Below are positions 29,794 through 39,962 of a stretch of DNA of 46,658 nt, piece by piece. Position numbers and translations under genes: made by a program. The stretch spans positions 1-46,658 of the forward strand of contig CAVPJU010000009.1 of the NCBI GenBank assembly GCA_963705505.1. The letters run 5' to 3'. The DNA comes from an uncultured bacterium. Lineage in GTDB: Bacteria > Desulfobacterota_D > UBA1144 > Nemesobacterales > UBA2774. Under the pieces are notes generated by a model. The model was given only the letters and a program-made list of their open reading frames with translations, did not search any database and had not been told where the DNA came from. The stretch's first letter is position 1, and every line of letters starts with the position of its first letter.

Positions 29794-30312
29794 ATGCAGA
29801 GGAAATTCAATCTCTTTACAACCCTTGTATTGTTTGTAATCGTCGTGACCGGGGCGTTCTTCATTACGGCCGGGGAGAGCCGCGCCCAGGGCGGCACCTG
29901 CAAAATAGCGCTTACGAAGGTCGCGGAAGGCGGGGAAGGCTTGATTTTTGATTTTCAGGTCGAGGTAAGCGGAGACACCGGTCTTGCTGAATTAATAGGA
30001 GGCGCTACGATAGTCGGTAATTTCGGGCAGGGGGAACCCGTGACCCTGACGGAGCTTCCCAAACCCGGCTGGGTATTAGTGGACAAATCGTGTGAAACGG
30101 GGCCCGGAGTTATCGTAACGGAGGTGGACGGCGGATTCACTTTTCAGTGTCTCGAGCCGCAGGAGGATGTTCAGGGGGAATGCACCTTCGTGAACGAGCA
30201 GTCGAATTCTGTGCCGACGCTCTCCGAATGGGGGATGATTTCAGCAGCGGCGGGCTTGGGATTGATCGGAGTGTTCTTCGCGGTGAGGCGGAGAAGGGAA
30301 GCGAGGGCTTAG
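29794..30312 (+). CDS. IPTL-CTERM protein, family A
   Basis: CKIALTK, TELPKPGW, CTFVN, VPTLSEWG. Confidence 0.9.
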   Translation: MQRKFNLFTTLVLFVIVVTGAFFITAGESRAQGGTCKIALTKVAEGGEGLIFDFQVEVSGDTGLAELIGGATIVGNFGQGEPVTLTELPKPGWVLVDKSCETGPGVIVTEVDGGFTFQCLEPQEDVQGECTFVNEQSNSVPTLSEWGMISAAAGLGLIGVFFAVRRRREARA

Positions 30313-30480
30313 GTAATAGCTGTCATTTCGAGCGCACGCGAGAAATCTGTTTTTTAAAACGACAAAAGAATAAAGATAGATTTCTCACGCTTCGGTTCGA
30401 AATGACAAAAGTTGAATGGAGCCTCTTCCCTCCGAGCGGGGGAAGGGGCTTTTTTGTTTTAGCTTTATTTTCCTGTTCCC

Positions 30481-30675
30481 GGAAAAGACGAATAAACAGA
30501 AAGGCAAATATATTTCTCTTCTTTTCCTTGATGAAAAGAAGCAAAAATCACTCGACAGCACAGAATTTGCTAAAAATATCTTATTAAGGCTAAAATCTTT
30601 CAATTCCGCCCCAGCCCTGAAACATTTTCACGCCTTAACAATCTATTTTCTTAACGCAAATTCTGTGAATGTCGG
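30481..30675. repeat. ~190-bp hairpin/MITE-like repeat; near-identical copy at ~46466-46658, partial copies at ~2650, 11950, 34190, 37190, 42460-42830
   Basis: AAAGGCAAATATATTTCTCTTCTTTTCCTTGATGAAAAGAAGCAAAAATCA followed by a long imperfect inverted repeat CGACAGCACAGAATT...AATTCTGTGAATGTCG. Confidence 0.85.
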
Positions 30676-30920
30676 GGAAAAGAAAAGACGAGATTGCCCC
30701 GCCGCTTTGCTGCTCGCAATGACAAAGATGAGAAGAAAAATCATTTCCCCCCTTTAGCAAAGGGGGGGCGGGGGGATTTAATAAGATGTACACCCCCATC
30801 CTCTCCTTCCCCTTTCAAGGGGGAAGGAATTAAAAGGGAGCAGATGAGTGATGGTGAGATCGTAAATACACACTACGTGCGCGTGTTGCGGATGGGGGCG
30901 TATTGCCTTAATATTTACTC

Positions 30921-31130
30921 GTGACGAATCACGGGGAATTCGTGTGTCCCAACTGCGCGTCGGACGAGGTTATTCCGATAATCTACGGCCTGCCTTCACC
31001 GGAGACGGAGGAGAACGCAAAGAAGGGGGAGTTCATTCTCGGCGGATGCGTCGTTATGGAGGGCTCGCCCAATTTGCACTGCAAGTCGTGCGGGCACGAG
31101 TGGTTCGGCAAGTCGATACGCCGGTGGTAG
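30921..31130 (+). CDS. Small Zn-ribbon conserved hypothetical protein
   Basis: CPNC..IPIIYGLP..LGGC..CKSCGHEW. Confidence 0.8.
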   Translation: MTNHGEFVCPNCASDEVIPIIYGLPSPETEENAKKGEFILGGCVVMEGSPNLHCKSCGHEWFGKSIRRW

Positions 31131-31170
31131 CGGCGGAGGGGTATTAATAATAATTCAGGAGGATGGTGAC

Positions 31171-31668
31171 ATGCGTACAATTTCGATATTCGTATTAGCT
31201 CTGATTGCCGTCGCGGCGCTGGGCATGGCGGCGGGGGCGGCTGAAGGGACGGTCACCGGCAGCGTGATGTATGAGGGGAAGACGGTCACTTTCAAGCACG
31301 TTTACATGATCACGGGGCCCGACGCATTCGACCCGAAGTTTACGGACAGGACGCTCCTGTTCACGGCCGACGACATAGGCGCCAAGCTGATGGCTTGCGA
31401 GTCGGTATTCTGCGCCGAAGGGCTCGTCATCAACGGGATGACGCTCGAGTGGGGACCGAACCCGAGGCTCAACTACTGGGTGGGCGTGAATAACCAGCTC
31501 ATCCAGATCGGAGGGACCGCCATACCGGGGGAGGTGTTCAAGGCGAAGGCGGATACGCCGGACCATCTGGCCGGGATGCTGCTGATCGACGACACGAAGG
31601 TCCAGGGGCCGGCGGCCACGGCTGAGTTCGACGTGACGCTCACCAAGGCGTTCAAAACGCACCATTGA
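31171..31668 (+). CDS. Secreted hypothetical protein
   Basis: AGGAGG RBS, signal peptide. Confidence 0.8.
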   Translation: MRTISIFVLALIAVAALGMAAGAAEGTVTGSVMYEGKTVTFKHVYMITGPDAFDPKFTDRTLLFTADDIGAKLMACESVFCAEGLVINGMTLEWGPNPRLNYWVGVNNQLIQIGGTAIPGEVFKAKADTPDHLAGMLLIDDTKVQGPAATAEFDVTLTKAFKTHH

Positions 31669-31710
31669 TGGGGGGACTTTTCCGGTTAATCGTGTAGAAT
31701 TATTTCCACT

Positions 31711-31896
31711 ATGACAAGAGAAGCCAGAATCACACTTGAAAAAGCCGCACAGATACTGGGAAGCGACCTGGAATCGCTGAATTTACAGCTATACGAGCTC
31801 GGGATCAGCATACACCATGACAAGGAGACCGGGACGGACTACATCTCCGCAGCCGACCTGGAGGATCTGAAGGAGAGAATCGGAGTGTTGGAGTAG
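31711..31896 (+). CDS. Small excisionase/MerR-like wHTH protein, paralog 2
   Basis: ITLEKAAQILGSDL..ELGISI..DYISAADLEDLK. Confidence 0.75.
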   Translation: MTREARITLEKAAQILGSDLESLNLQLYELGISIHHDKETGTDYISAADLEDLKERIGVLE

Positions 31897-31937
31897 TTTG
31901 CTGTAGAAATATTATTGACGAAATCTCAGGATTAGTG

Positions 31938-31976
31938 AAAAGCCTCTTCCTCCGAGCGGGGAAGGGGCTTTTTTTT
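31938..31976 (+). terminator. Repeated intrinsic terminator family (also ~3738, 28813, 30419, 32743, 40795)
   Basis: AAGCCTCTTCC(C)TCCGAGCGGGG(G)AAGGGGCTTTTTT hairpin plus T-tract. Confidence 0.8.
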
Positions 31977-32200
31977 GGCGGGGATAGTGACAATTGGTGG
32001 ATGAATGTACCGCTCTCCTTATCGTCAGGCAGAGACTAGCTGAAGGTTTTCCGGAAAATAACCAAATATTCCGCGTTTACAAGGGCTTATACCAACCATA
32101 TTTACCCTCCATAAATAATGGATGTAATTGGATTTTGCTAAGCTATGCTTTTAATGTGCTCCATCAGAGCATAAATCAATTAACAAGGAGGTATTAAGCA

Positions 32201-32695
32201 ATGAGTATAGGTAGAATTTTGGGGATTTGTTCCCTTCTTGTGGTTGTATCCTTTTTTGTCCTGTCCGGGACGTTGCCCGCGGCTGCTCAAGGGGGCGCTC
32301 TCGACGGGAAAACCTTCGCAGGTAAGTTGGGTGAAAAAGGTAAGAAGGGCGATAAGGATGAATTTATTTTTAAAGAAGGAACGTTTGAATCCAAGGCTTG
32401 TGAGAAGTTCGGTTTCGGAAGCGCCCCTTATACAACGACCGCCGCTGGACCTACTACGACTTTCAAAGCGGAGACTACCAATGATAAGGGGGATAAGATG
32501 AGTTGGGAAGGTACAGTCACAGGTATCTTAATCTCGGGAACCTCAACCCTGAATCAGGAGGGTAAAGCTCCGGTTCCGTATTGGTTCAAGGGCAAGATGA
32601 GTGTGGAGGTGCCTAAGGCAAGTATGCCGGAGACTCCTAAAGTAGATACACCGGAGATGCCTAAAGCGGACACGCCGGGATCCTCTAATTATTGA
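32201..32695 (+). CDS. Secreted hypothetical protein with Pro-rich repeated C-terminus
   Basis: AAGGAGG RBS, signal peptide, PKASMPETPKVDTPEMPKADTP. Confidence 0.8.
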   Translation: MSIGRILGICSLLVVVSFFVLSGTLPAAAQGGALDGKTFAGKLGEKGKKGDKDEFIFKEGTFESKACEKFGFGSAPYTTTAAGPTTTFKAETTNDKGDKMSWEGTVTGILISGTSTLNQEGKAPVPYWFKGKMSVEVPKASMPETPKVDTPEMPKADTPGSSNY

Positions 32696-32961
32696 TACCG
32701 GGCTGAGCTAGAAATACTAAAGGGGATTAATTAAGGATAGCGAAAAGCCTCTTCCTCCGAGCGGGGAAGGGGCTTTTTTTGTTTTGGGGTGGGGCTTGGC
32801 GCTATAATCATCGCGCTTCTTCCGTTCCTGTTTTTGAACTTTTACTTCGGAGATTGGTTGTGTAGCTTTTTTAAGCAAGTCAAAGAAACTGCTTTGTTGG
32901 TGCTTTTAATTCTTTAGAACTTGGTTTTTTCTTCATATGCTAAGTTTAACATTTCAGAGAT

Positions 32962-33558
32962 TTATTTAGACCAATCTTGACGTTGAATATTTAAACAGGC
33001 CGTATCAATTTTAGTTTGACCTTCCTTTGCTTTGATAGTGACTAAACAATTAATTATATATTCATCGCCACGTTCATTTTTAATATAGAGCGCATATGGT
33101 ATAGTTTTAAATCCATATTTTGCGACTAGCGTTTCTTCCTTTGTATCAAAAGTAGCACCATTACCCGATCCCGGCGTTATTAGAGTTGAATATTGATATA
33201 TTTCAGGATTTCCATAGTCTATTCTATAGCCCCAAAGATAAATATTTGTTTTTCCGTTATTAAATATTTGAAATTGATGGCTATCGTAACCTAAATCAAC
33301 CGATGGTGCATAATTAAGCTCAACTAAATCTTTCTGATATTGAGTATTGCTTTGTTGGAGATAGTACGTTCGATATCCTTGTATTGCAGTGAGACATAAG
33401 GCAAGAATAAATATGAGGACATATTTAATCCTATATGCTCTGTTTTTATTCTTGATGAACTCAGTCATTGCACCCAAGACCAGAATGCAGGCTAGAATTA
33501 AGAAAGGTAGAGCAATGTCGATCTTGGACATAAACCAAGTAAAAATTTGTGATAACAT
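32962..33558 (-). CDS. AT-rich hypothetical membrane protein
   Basis: Two N-terminal TM segments; TATACT-7 nt-ATG. Confidence 0.7.
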   Translation of the reverse strand: MLSQIFTWFMSKIDIALPFLILACILVLGAMTEFIKNKNRAYRIKYVLIFILALCLTAIQGYRTYYLQQSNTQYQKDLVELNYAPSVDLGYDSHQFQIFNNGKTNIYLWGYRIDYGNPEIYQYSTLITPGSGNGATFDTKEETLVAKYGFKTIPYALYIKNERGDEYIINCLVTIKAKEGQTKIDTACLNIQRQDWSK

Positions 33559-33933
33559 GGAAATGAGTATAGGGCTTCATAGCATTACTTTTCAAGAGGG
33601 GATATTTACGTAATAGAATGACATTCATCCACCCTTCGACAAGCTTCCGGCTTCGTCAAGACTTCGCCGGACGGACAGGGCGAACGGGTTAAAGAATATT
33701 CGAGTATATAAGATTAATGTGTCCCCCCCATCCTTCACCTTCCCCCTCGTAGGGGGGAAGGAATTAAGTGCCGGGAGGGGAATTATTAGAGAAGCATGTA
33801 TATAAATGTAAATTAATATGGATTAACTCTCGCATATATTGGGATTAGATGATAAAATTGGTATAAGACAAGTTGCTGAGCTTGCATCTGACTAACAAAG
33901 TCCGGCATACGCTATATATATAGGAGGAGAAAT

Positions 33934-34047
33934 ATGATTCCACTGTTTTCTGTACCGACATTGAGCGAATGGGGATTGATCGCGATGGTAGCCGTTATGG
34001 CGATCGTTGGAGCGATTGCGCTGAGAAAGCGCCTGGCTTCAGCATAG
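33934..34047 (+). CDS. Stand-alone IPTL-CTERM peptide (37 aa)
   Basis: AGGAGGAGAAAT-ATG; MIPLFSVPTLSEWGLIAMVAVMAIVGAIALRKRLASA*; below ORF-track cutoff. Confidence 0.8.
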   Translation: MIPLFSVPTLSEWGLIAMVAVMAIVGAIALRKRLASA

Positions 34048-34502
34048 TCTTCCGGGTAGTAAATAACTGCCGAATTCCATCTCAGAAATTATGTAGTCAG
34101 CCTCCGGCCACGGTTCCCGGCATGGGATTTGTGCGGCCGTTCCGTTAGAGAGCCGCGCTTCTTCACAATGACAAATAAAAAGCGAAGATAATTTCTTCTT
34201 TGTCTTGATACAAAGAAGCAAAAATCAAGACCCAATAATCTAACTTATACTATGGCCCTATTATAGGGGTCGGGTCAATGATAGAATCTTGTTAACATTA
34301 TCAATTAATGCAAATATTTATGTCTATTAATTTACGGCAACTGAATACCTATTTATAGTTATTCTTAGTCAGAGCTATAATAATGAGGTTTTTATTTAAA
34401 CAGGGAAAATATAAAAATATAACATGTACAATACGTTGAATGTGATTCGAACACCAAATTCCACGAAGTCTCCGTCATTCTATAACACACGTGTTTGACT
34501 AA

Positions 34503-36080
34503 ATGTCTAGACCGAAATTATATTCACTGGCAATATCAATCGGCTTAATATTCATTATCTTTTTATTGATCGTCATTAAAATGCTTACAACATTCTATAT
34601 CCCAAACGAAGTAGATATCCTTCCGTTTGCCAGACAGTTTTCAGACTCTAACTGGTTACAGAATGACTGGTATTTAAATCTCGAATTTACTTACCGTAAT
34701 CTTTTCAACATAATTTTGGGTCCCCTCGTTTCATGGCTAGGTTTTGACATTGGGAAATTCGTGGGGCGGTTTCTGGTTTATCTATTTTTAGCTATAGCAA
34801 TATATAACTTTTTTAAGACTATCCGCTTAAATTTTGTAATCGGACTTCTCGTCGTATTCTTTTTTCTAGACCATCAGTCAATTGTTGCTGCAGAATGGAT
34901 TGTTCAAGGGGTCGATACTAAAACAGTCGCATATTCATTTGTAATCTTTTCATGGGCGGCATTAATTCGGAAGAGATATTTGCTTGCATTTGCATGTATA
35001 GGTGCTTCAATTTCTTTCCACCCATTAGTAGGAGTTTATGCTATTTATTGTTCCGTCCTTGCAATTCTGGCAAATAAAGAATGGAGAGATGATTGGCATA
35101 TTCTAATTAAACAATCGTGGCCATTTTTCATAACAGGGATTTTCGGTATTTGGACGATCATAGAATCACAACTTCAAAGCAGCGATGTAGATTCAAATCG
35201 AACATGGTGGATTTATACCGTATATCGTCACCCGCACCATCTACTTCCTAGTTCTTGGCATGACGAATATTGGATAATCAAATTGTCTCTCGCCATATTT
35301 TTATTCGGAGCCGTTTTCACTATCGGCAAGTCACGTGCGCTACGTTTCCTCGCTGCTTACGCGTTGGCCAGTGTGTCTTTATTTCTTATTGGATTGGGGA
35401 TATATGCTCTTGGAGAAATAAATCTTCTCAGATTCTATTGGTTCAGGTTCCCTGACGTGATTGTACCGTTTATGAGCTTGATTCTCTTCGGAATAATTTG
35501 CAAGGATTTTTTAAAAGTCCTTGAAAACAAATTCTTTTCTCTCCCTGGAATTCGAACATATTCTGGAAAAGATCTCGAAAAACGGATAAGAAGCATTGCG
35601 ACATTCGTAGCAATACTCGTAATTTTCGCAACAGCTTCCGAATCAACGTTCTATAGGATAAAATCCGAAATAAATGATCGGAGCTCAACTCGGGATATGG
35701 AGTTATGGATAGCTAAATATACTCCAAAAGACTCTGTCTTTCTTATCAACCCGAAGATCGACACTTTCTATGTATTTGCCCAAAGATCTGTATTTGTTAC
35801 GTTCAAACACGTACCACAATCCGCTCCAGATATAATAGAATGGTATGAGCGGATCAAATTATGTAATGGAGGCCGTCCTCCTGTGAAGACAGGTGTTGAC
35901 TCTCTTGATGAAATTCAATCTAACTTTTATAATCTTGATGAAGGATCAATCAGAAAAATAGCTAAATCATATGGGGTCGATTATTACTTGGGATTGCTAA
36001 ATCAAAATCTCACATTCGACCTGGTACATTTCGATGGGGATTATGCCCTCTATAAAATTGACCTTCCCCCCGGAAACTAG
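34503..36080 (+). CDS. Polytopic membrane protein, DUF6798-like (GT-C-like architecture)
   Basis: Many TM segments, PNEVD luminal motif, FHPLVG, YRHPHHLLP, soluble C-terminus WIAKYTPKDSVFL; AT-rich. Confidence 0.7.
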   Translation: MSRPKLYSLAISIGLIFIIFLLIVIKMLTTFYIPNEVDILPFARQFSDSNWLQNDWYLNLEFTYRNLFNIILGPLVSWLGFDIGKFVGRFLVYLFLAIAIYNFFKTIRLNFVIGLLVVFFFLDHQSIVAAEWIVQGVDTKTVAYSFVIFSWAALIRKRYLLAFACIGASISFHPLVGVYAIYCSVLAILANKEWRDDWHILIKQSWPFFITGIFGIWTIIESQLQSSDVDSNRTWWIYTVYRHPHHLLPSSWHDEYWIIKLSLAIFLFGAVFTIGKSRALRFLAAYALASVSLFLIGLGIYALGEINLLRFYWFRFPDVIVPFMSLILFGIICKDFLKVLENKFFSLPGIRTYSGKDLEKRIRSIATFVAILVIFATASESTFYRIKSEINDRSSTRDMELWIAKYTPKDSVFLINPKIDTFYVFAQRSVFVTFKHVPQSAPDIIEWYERIKLCNGGRPPVKTGVDSLDEIQSNFYNLDEGSIRKIAKSYGVDYYLGLLNQNLTFDLVHFDGDYALYKIDLPPGN

Positions 36081-36110
36081 CCCATTGTAAATGAGAGTTC
36101 TCCTCGGTAA

Positions 36111-36225
36111 TGATCCTCACCCAAAAGTTGTACCGGGTAAAGTAGAGATTTCTGACGTTTTTAAATGCTTTTTCAAATACTCCTCGGGCGTCATGTTATC
36201 CAGCGCTAAATGGGGCATGAACTGT
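36111..36225 (-). mobile_element. IS3-family transposase C-terminal remnant with terminal IR
   Basis: Minus strand QFMPHLALDNMTPEEY (cf. RPHSxLxxxTPxE) ending ...GGTACAACTTTTGGGTGAGGATCA. Confidence 0.6.
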
Positions 36226-36409
36226 CGTATTCCATTTCTACCTACACCATCTAAACTTGCTACATTTTTTCGATGTAGATAGTGTAGGAAATGTAGCTAT
36301 ATATTGAATAGAAAAGACCTTATTTGTACTGCTCCCCTTTTGTCAAGCTCGGTTTAAGTTGGATATATGAATAGTATAAAAATACCCTGCTCCGGTTTTG
36401 TGGCTGAAC

Positions 36410-36433
36410 AAAAAAGGGAGCCGAAGCTCCCTT
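36410..36433 (-). terminator. Intrinsic terminator
   Basis: AAGGGAGC-TTCG-GCTCCCTT-TTTT on minus strand, downstream of the 36464 gene. Confidence 0.85.
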
Positions 36434-36463
36434 GATTTAATAATACATATTAGCAGATTGGGA

Positions 36464-37030
36464 TCAAGAAGCTGCTTTTCTTCTTCTGTACACCAGAATG
36501 CTTACTATCCCCAAAATCATTACTAGGGCAATCATCCCCCATTGGTTAAGGGCGGGAATGTTGGTGTAGGCAGGTGGTGGTCCGCATGGACATATTGAAC
36601 GCCTTGATTCAGGCCCACAAGGAAGGCCTAGATCATCCATATCAGTGCGGTGGTCGGCTGGGCATCCATCAAAACTTGAGCAAAGCAATGGGCCATTTAA
36701 CCCTCCATGCACAGAATGAAAACCAAAGGTATCCTCAAGACAACCGTGCGTATAGCTATTAAAGTCCACACTGTTCCCAAGCCCTAGTGCCTGACTAATC
36801 GCCTGGCATTTTTCTTCGGTATTCTGTGCTTCAAACCATACCGTGTCATCCTCGATCGGTTGTGAACCAATTGTTCCGCAAACCTCGTCACAGGCCTGGC
36901 CGCACGCTTGGTCGTTGTAACACCACGTCAGACCGTTTGCCTCCACGCAATTCAACCCCCCCCGTGCCCATAGCCTGGGAGCAAATACCAATAGCATTAT
37001 CACTACTAGAAATAAGTAACTTTTTTTCAT
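36464..37030 (-). CDS. Cys-rich secreted protein with variant IPTL-CTERM
   Basis: Signal peptide, about ten Cys, IPALNQWGMIALVMILGIVSILVYRRRK. Confidence 0.85.
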   Translation of the reverse strand: MKKSYLFLVVIMLLVFAPRLWARGGLNCVEANGLTWCYNDQACGQACDEVCGTIGSQPIEDDTVWFEAQNTEEKCQAISQALGLGNSVDFNSYTHGCLEDTFGFHSVHGGLNGPLLCSSFDGCPADHRTDMDDLGLPCGPESRRSICPCGPPPAYTNIPALNQWGMIALVMILGIVSILVYRRRKAAS

Positions 37031-37588
37031 TTCCCCCTCCTCTCCTCGAAAATTATTTCTAATTATGGAATAATATTGATCTGTATTGATCATAATGGCA
37101 CAATCTTAGCAAATATTCAATAATATAAAAAAATAAGATTATTATCCAACTCCCAATTCTCACTATCCACTTAGTCAAGCAGCTCGATAATCTGTTTTCT
37201 TAACGCCAATTCTGTGATGTCGGGAAAAAAGAAGACTAGATTGCCGCGGTCTTGAAATTGATTCTATGGACTTTCCACCCTTGATCTATCTTTGTGCTAG
37301 ACTAAGCGAGGGCGTCCGGTTCTTGCTAATTTGGCTTCGACGACATCAGCGCGGAGTGATATTCACGTACATCGATTCGACTCATGAGTGACCAATTCTT
37401 CAGCTTGTTCAGAATTGTCGTTCAGAACACGTTGCTTCGCAACGATGGATTTATATCACCCCCATCCTTCACCTTCCCCCTCATAGGGGGGAAGGAATTA
37501 AGTGTCAGGGGGAGGGGAAATGTAATAGGAAATCGCGGAACAAAAAAGTTGTTGATTCCGAGCGAAAAATATTGGTAGAATAGTGGCC

Positions 37589-37768
37589 ATGACCCAAGGT
37601 GTCAGAATTGCCCTGGAGGACGCGGCCAGTATGCTGGGTACCGACCTGGAGAAGCTGCTGATCAAGACGTTCGAGCTCGGGATCAGGATTTATAATGACA
37701 GGACCTCTGCGACGGATTACATTACCGCAGCCGATCTCGAGGGTCTGAAAGCGAGCATGCGGAAATAG
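37589..37768 (+). CDS. Small excisionase/MerR-like wHTH protein, paralog 3
   Basis: IALEDAASMLGTDL..ELGIRI..DYITAADLEGLK. Confidence 0.75.
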   Translation: MTQGVRIALEDAASMLGTDLEKLLIKTFELGIRIYNDRTSATDYITAADLEGLKASMRK

Positions 37769-37987
37769 CGGCAGTCGGGGAAACGCCCGACGATCGCTCG
37801 TCTGTGTCTGTGAGGGAATCCGAAGCCGGCGATGAGGCCGTGAGGGTGGAAGTGTGCGCTTGCGGTGAAATTCGTGCAGTTAACCATTCCATTTTGTTCC
37901 TGAAAATTGTATAATACCGGTTAATCTGTTTTCGTATGATTCAATCTGCAATATCGACCGATAGTTATTTCAACAGGAGGATTTTGG

Positions 37988-38767
37988 ATGACCTTAATTA
38001 ACCGGTATTACAAGATTTATCTATATTTTTGCGCGGTTTGCCTGGTCTGGTCAATTGCGGGGCCGAGGGCTTCGGCGCAGGTTACGTTTACAAATAACGA
38101 AGCGCAGTTCTTCGCCGACAACCCGGGGCTCCTGGTTCAGACTTTCGATTCCGCCATCACCTCCGGCTGTGAGGCGCCCTTCGATTCGACCAGCAGTGCC
38201 GGCTGTTTCCCGCCGGGCGCAATATTCCCGGGAGTGGTGTACGATGTCGCTCCCTCCCACGAGTTCCTCGATATATTCCCCGTCAATTTCAGCGGAACGA
38301 GCGGTAACCCCTCGAAAGCGATCGGACCGGACAACCATACCGATACTTTGGACTTTATTTTCGAAAAAGGCGGCGTGTCCGCCGCGGGTGTCAGACCCGG
38401 ATGCTTCATATTCGCCGACGTGTGCCGTAGAACGGTAACGGTCAGCGTCTATGGGGCGGGAGACACGTTATTAGGCTCTACGCAGGTGGATGTGTCGAGC
38501 CACTTCGACAATTTCGTCGGGATCGAGTCCGACATTCCCATAGCGAAGATCAGCGTCGCGGGGCCGGATTTGGGGCCTCAGAGCGGCTTCCACGCCGTAT
38601 CGGAATTGGTTTTTCCGCAGGGGCAGCTCACAAATGTTCCCACGCTCTCGGAATGGGGGATGATTGCCGCGGCTGGCGGAGTTCGGCTGGGCGGGGTGTT
38701 CTTCGCGGTGAGAATGCGTAACGAAAGCGCAGGCGGTCTGAACGCGGCCGGATTGTTTATAAGTTAA
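37988..38767 (+). CDS. IPTL-CTERM protein, family B (degenerate tail)
   Basis: AQVTFTN.., VPTLSEWGMIAAAGGVRLGGVFFAVRMR. Confidence 0.88.
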   Translation: MTLINRYYKIYLYFCAVCLVWSIAGPRASAQVTFTNNEAQFFADNPGLLVQTFDSAITSGCEAPFDSTSSAGCFPPGAIFPGVVYDVAPSHEFLDIFPVNFSGTSGNPSKAIGPDNHTDTLDFIFEKGGVSAAGVRPGCFIFADVCRRTVTVSVYGAGDTLLGSTQVDVSSHFDNFVGIESDIPIAKISVAGPDLGPQSGFHAVSELVFPQGQLTNVPTLSEWGMIAAAGGVRLGGVFFAVRMRNESAGGLNAAGLFIS

Positions 38768-38819
38768 GGTAAACCCCCACCCGGGCCCTCCCCCTTAGAA
38801 GGGAGAGGGAAATGAAAGA

Positions 38820-38909
38820 GAGTGGGGGATGATCGCGGCGGCTGCGGGGCTTATGATCGTGGGCGTGTTCTTCGCGGTGAGACGGAAACGGTTACAAGCG
38901 AGCGCGTAA
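38820..38909 (+). other. Orphan IPTL-CTERM tail 2
   Basis: EWGMIAAAAGLMIVGVFFAVRRKRLQASA*, directly after a REP hairpin. Confidence 0.85.
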
Positions 38910-39113
38910 CCGGACGCCATTGGCTGACGGCAGAGAAGTGAATTGTACACTGAACTGAAGTGACTGAAGCCGAAGAGCGGCGGGCGGGGTTGAAAATTCG
39001 TGCAATTACCCATTCCATTTCGTTCCTAAAAATTGTATAATAGGGGTTAATTTATTTTCGTTTAATTTAATCTGTAAGTTTTACCGATAGTTAGTTCTTC
39101 AGGAGGATCCCAG

Positions 39114-39869
39114 ATGGCTTTAATTAATCGATATTACACGATTATTCTATTCCTGTGCGCTGTTTCCGTATTCGGCTTCATGACCGGCACGCGGGCTTCT
39201 GCGCAGGTCACTTTTTTATTCAATAAAGGCGAATACATAGCGAACCATCCGCACCAGACGATACAGACGTTCGCCGCAGGGAATGTATCGCCGGGGAGTT
39301 TCACATTTTGTCTTTCGCCTGTAGATCAATTCAGCAACGACAAGTGCTTCGTACCGGGCGACATACTGCCGGGGCTCGTATTCACAGACGACCCCGTTGG
39401 TTCGGAGCTCTTCCTTGCCGGGGTACATCTCAATGGGGCGCCAAATCCGAGGAAAGCTCTTTCTGTCGGGGGGGACCTGACCGACCTGGATATAACGTTC
39501 CCGGACGGGGGAGTCCACTCGGCGGGGATAGTTCTGGGCTGCTTCGTCGAGGGTCCCGGATGCAGCACTACGCTGGCAATCCGCCTCTTCGGTGCGGGGG
39601 ACGCGCCGCTCGGCAATACGCAAGTGCTTGTGTCCGACCGGTTCGACTCCTTCATAGGGTTCGATTCGCCTGTAACCGTGACGAGGATCGAGATCGCGGG
39701 CCCGGACTCGGGTAATACGGTAGAGGCAATTGACGAAGTGAGGTTCGAAGGGGTTTCGAGGGATATTCCCACGCTCAGCGAGTGGGGGATGATTTCCGCC
39801 GCCGCCGGATTAGGGCTGATCGGAGTGTTCTTCGCGGTGAAGAGGCGCAGGCTGCAGGCAGGCGCTTAA
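39114..39869 (+). CDS. IPTL-CTERM protein, family B
   Basis: AQVTF.., CFVPGDILPG, IPTLSEWG. Confidence 0.9.
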   Translation: MALINRYYTIILFLCAVSVFGFMTGTRASAQVTFLFNKGEYIANHPHQTIQTFAAGNVSPGSFTFCLSPVDQFSNDKCFVPGDILPGLVFTDDPVGSELFLAGVHLNGAPNPRKALSVGGDLTDLDITFPDGGVHSAGIVLGCFVEGPGCSTTLAIRLFGAGDAPLGNTQVLVSDRFDSFIGFDSPVTVTRIEIAGPDSGNTVEAIDEVRFEGVSRDIPTLSEWGMISAAAGLGLIGVFFAVKRRRLQAGA

Positions 39870-39962
39870 AAGGGATGGAAGCAAACGGAGTTATAAGACG
39901 TGATTGTAAGGGGATCCAGATTTTGAGAAGAGTTGAAAAATAAATTCTGGAGGAGGTGCTTT

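Noticed and set aside
32780..32936. Small minus-strand ORF (MKKKPSSK.. / FFDLLKKATQP)
   Set aside because: Broken by a frameshift and too short to assign
33858..33880. Sigma-54 promoter for the CTERM-only peptide
   Set aside because: GG-to-GC spacing is 13 nt rather than 10
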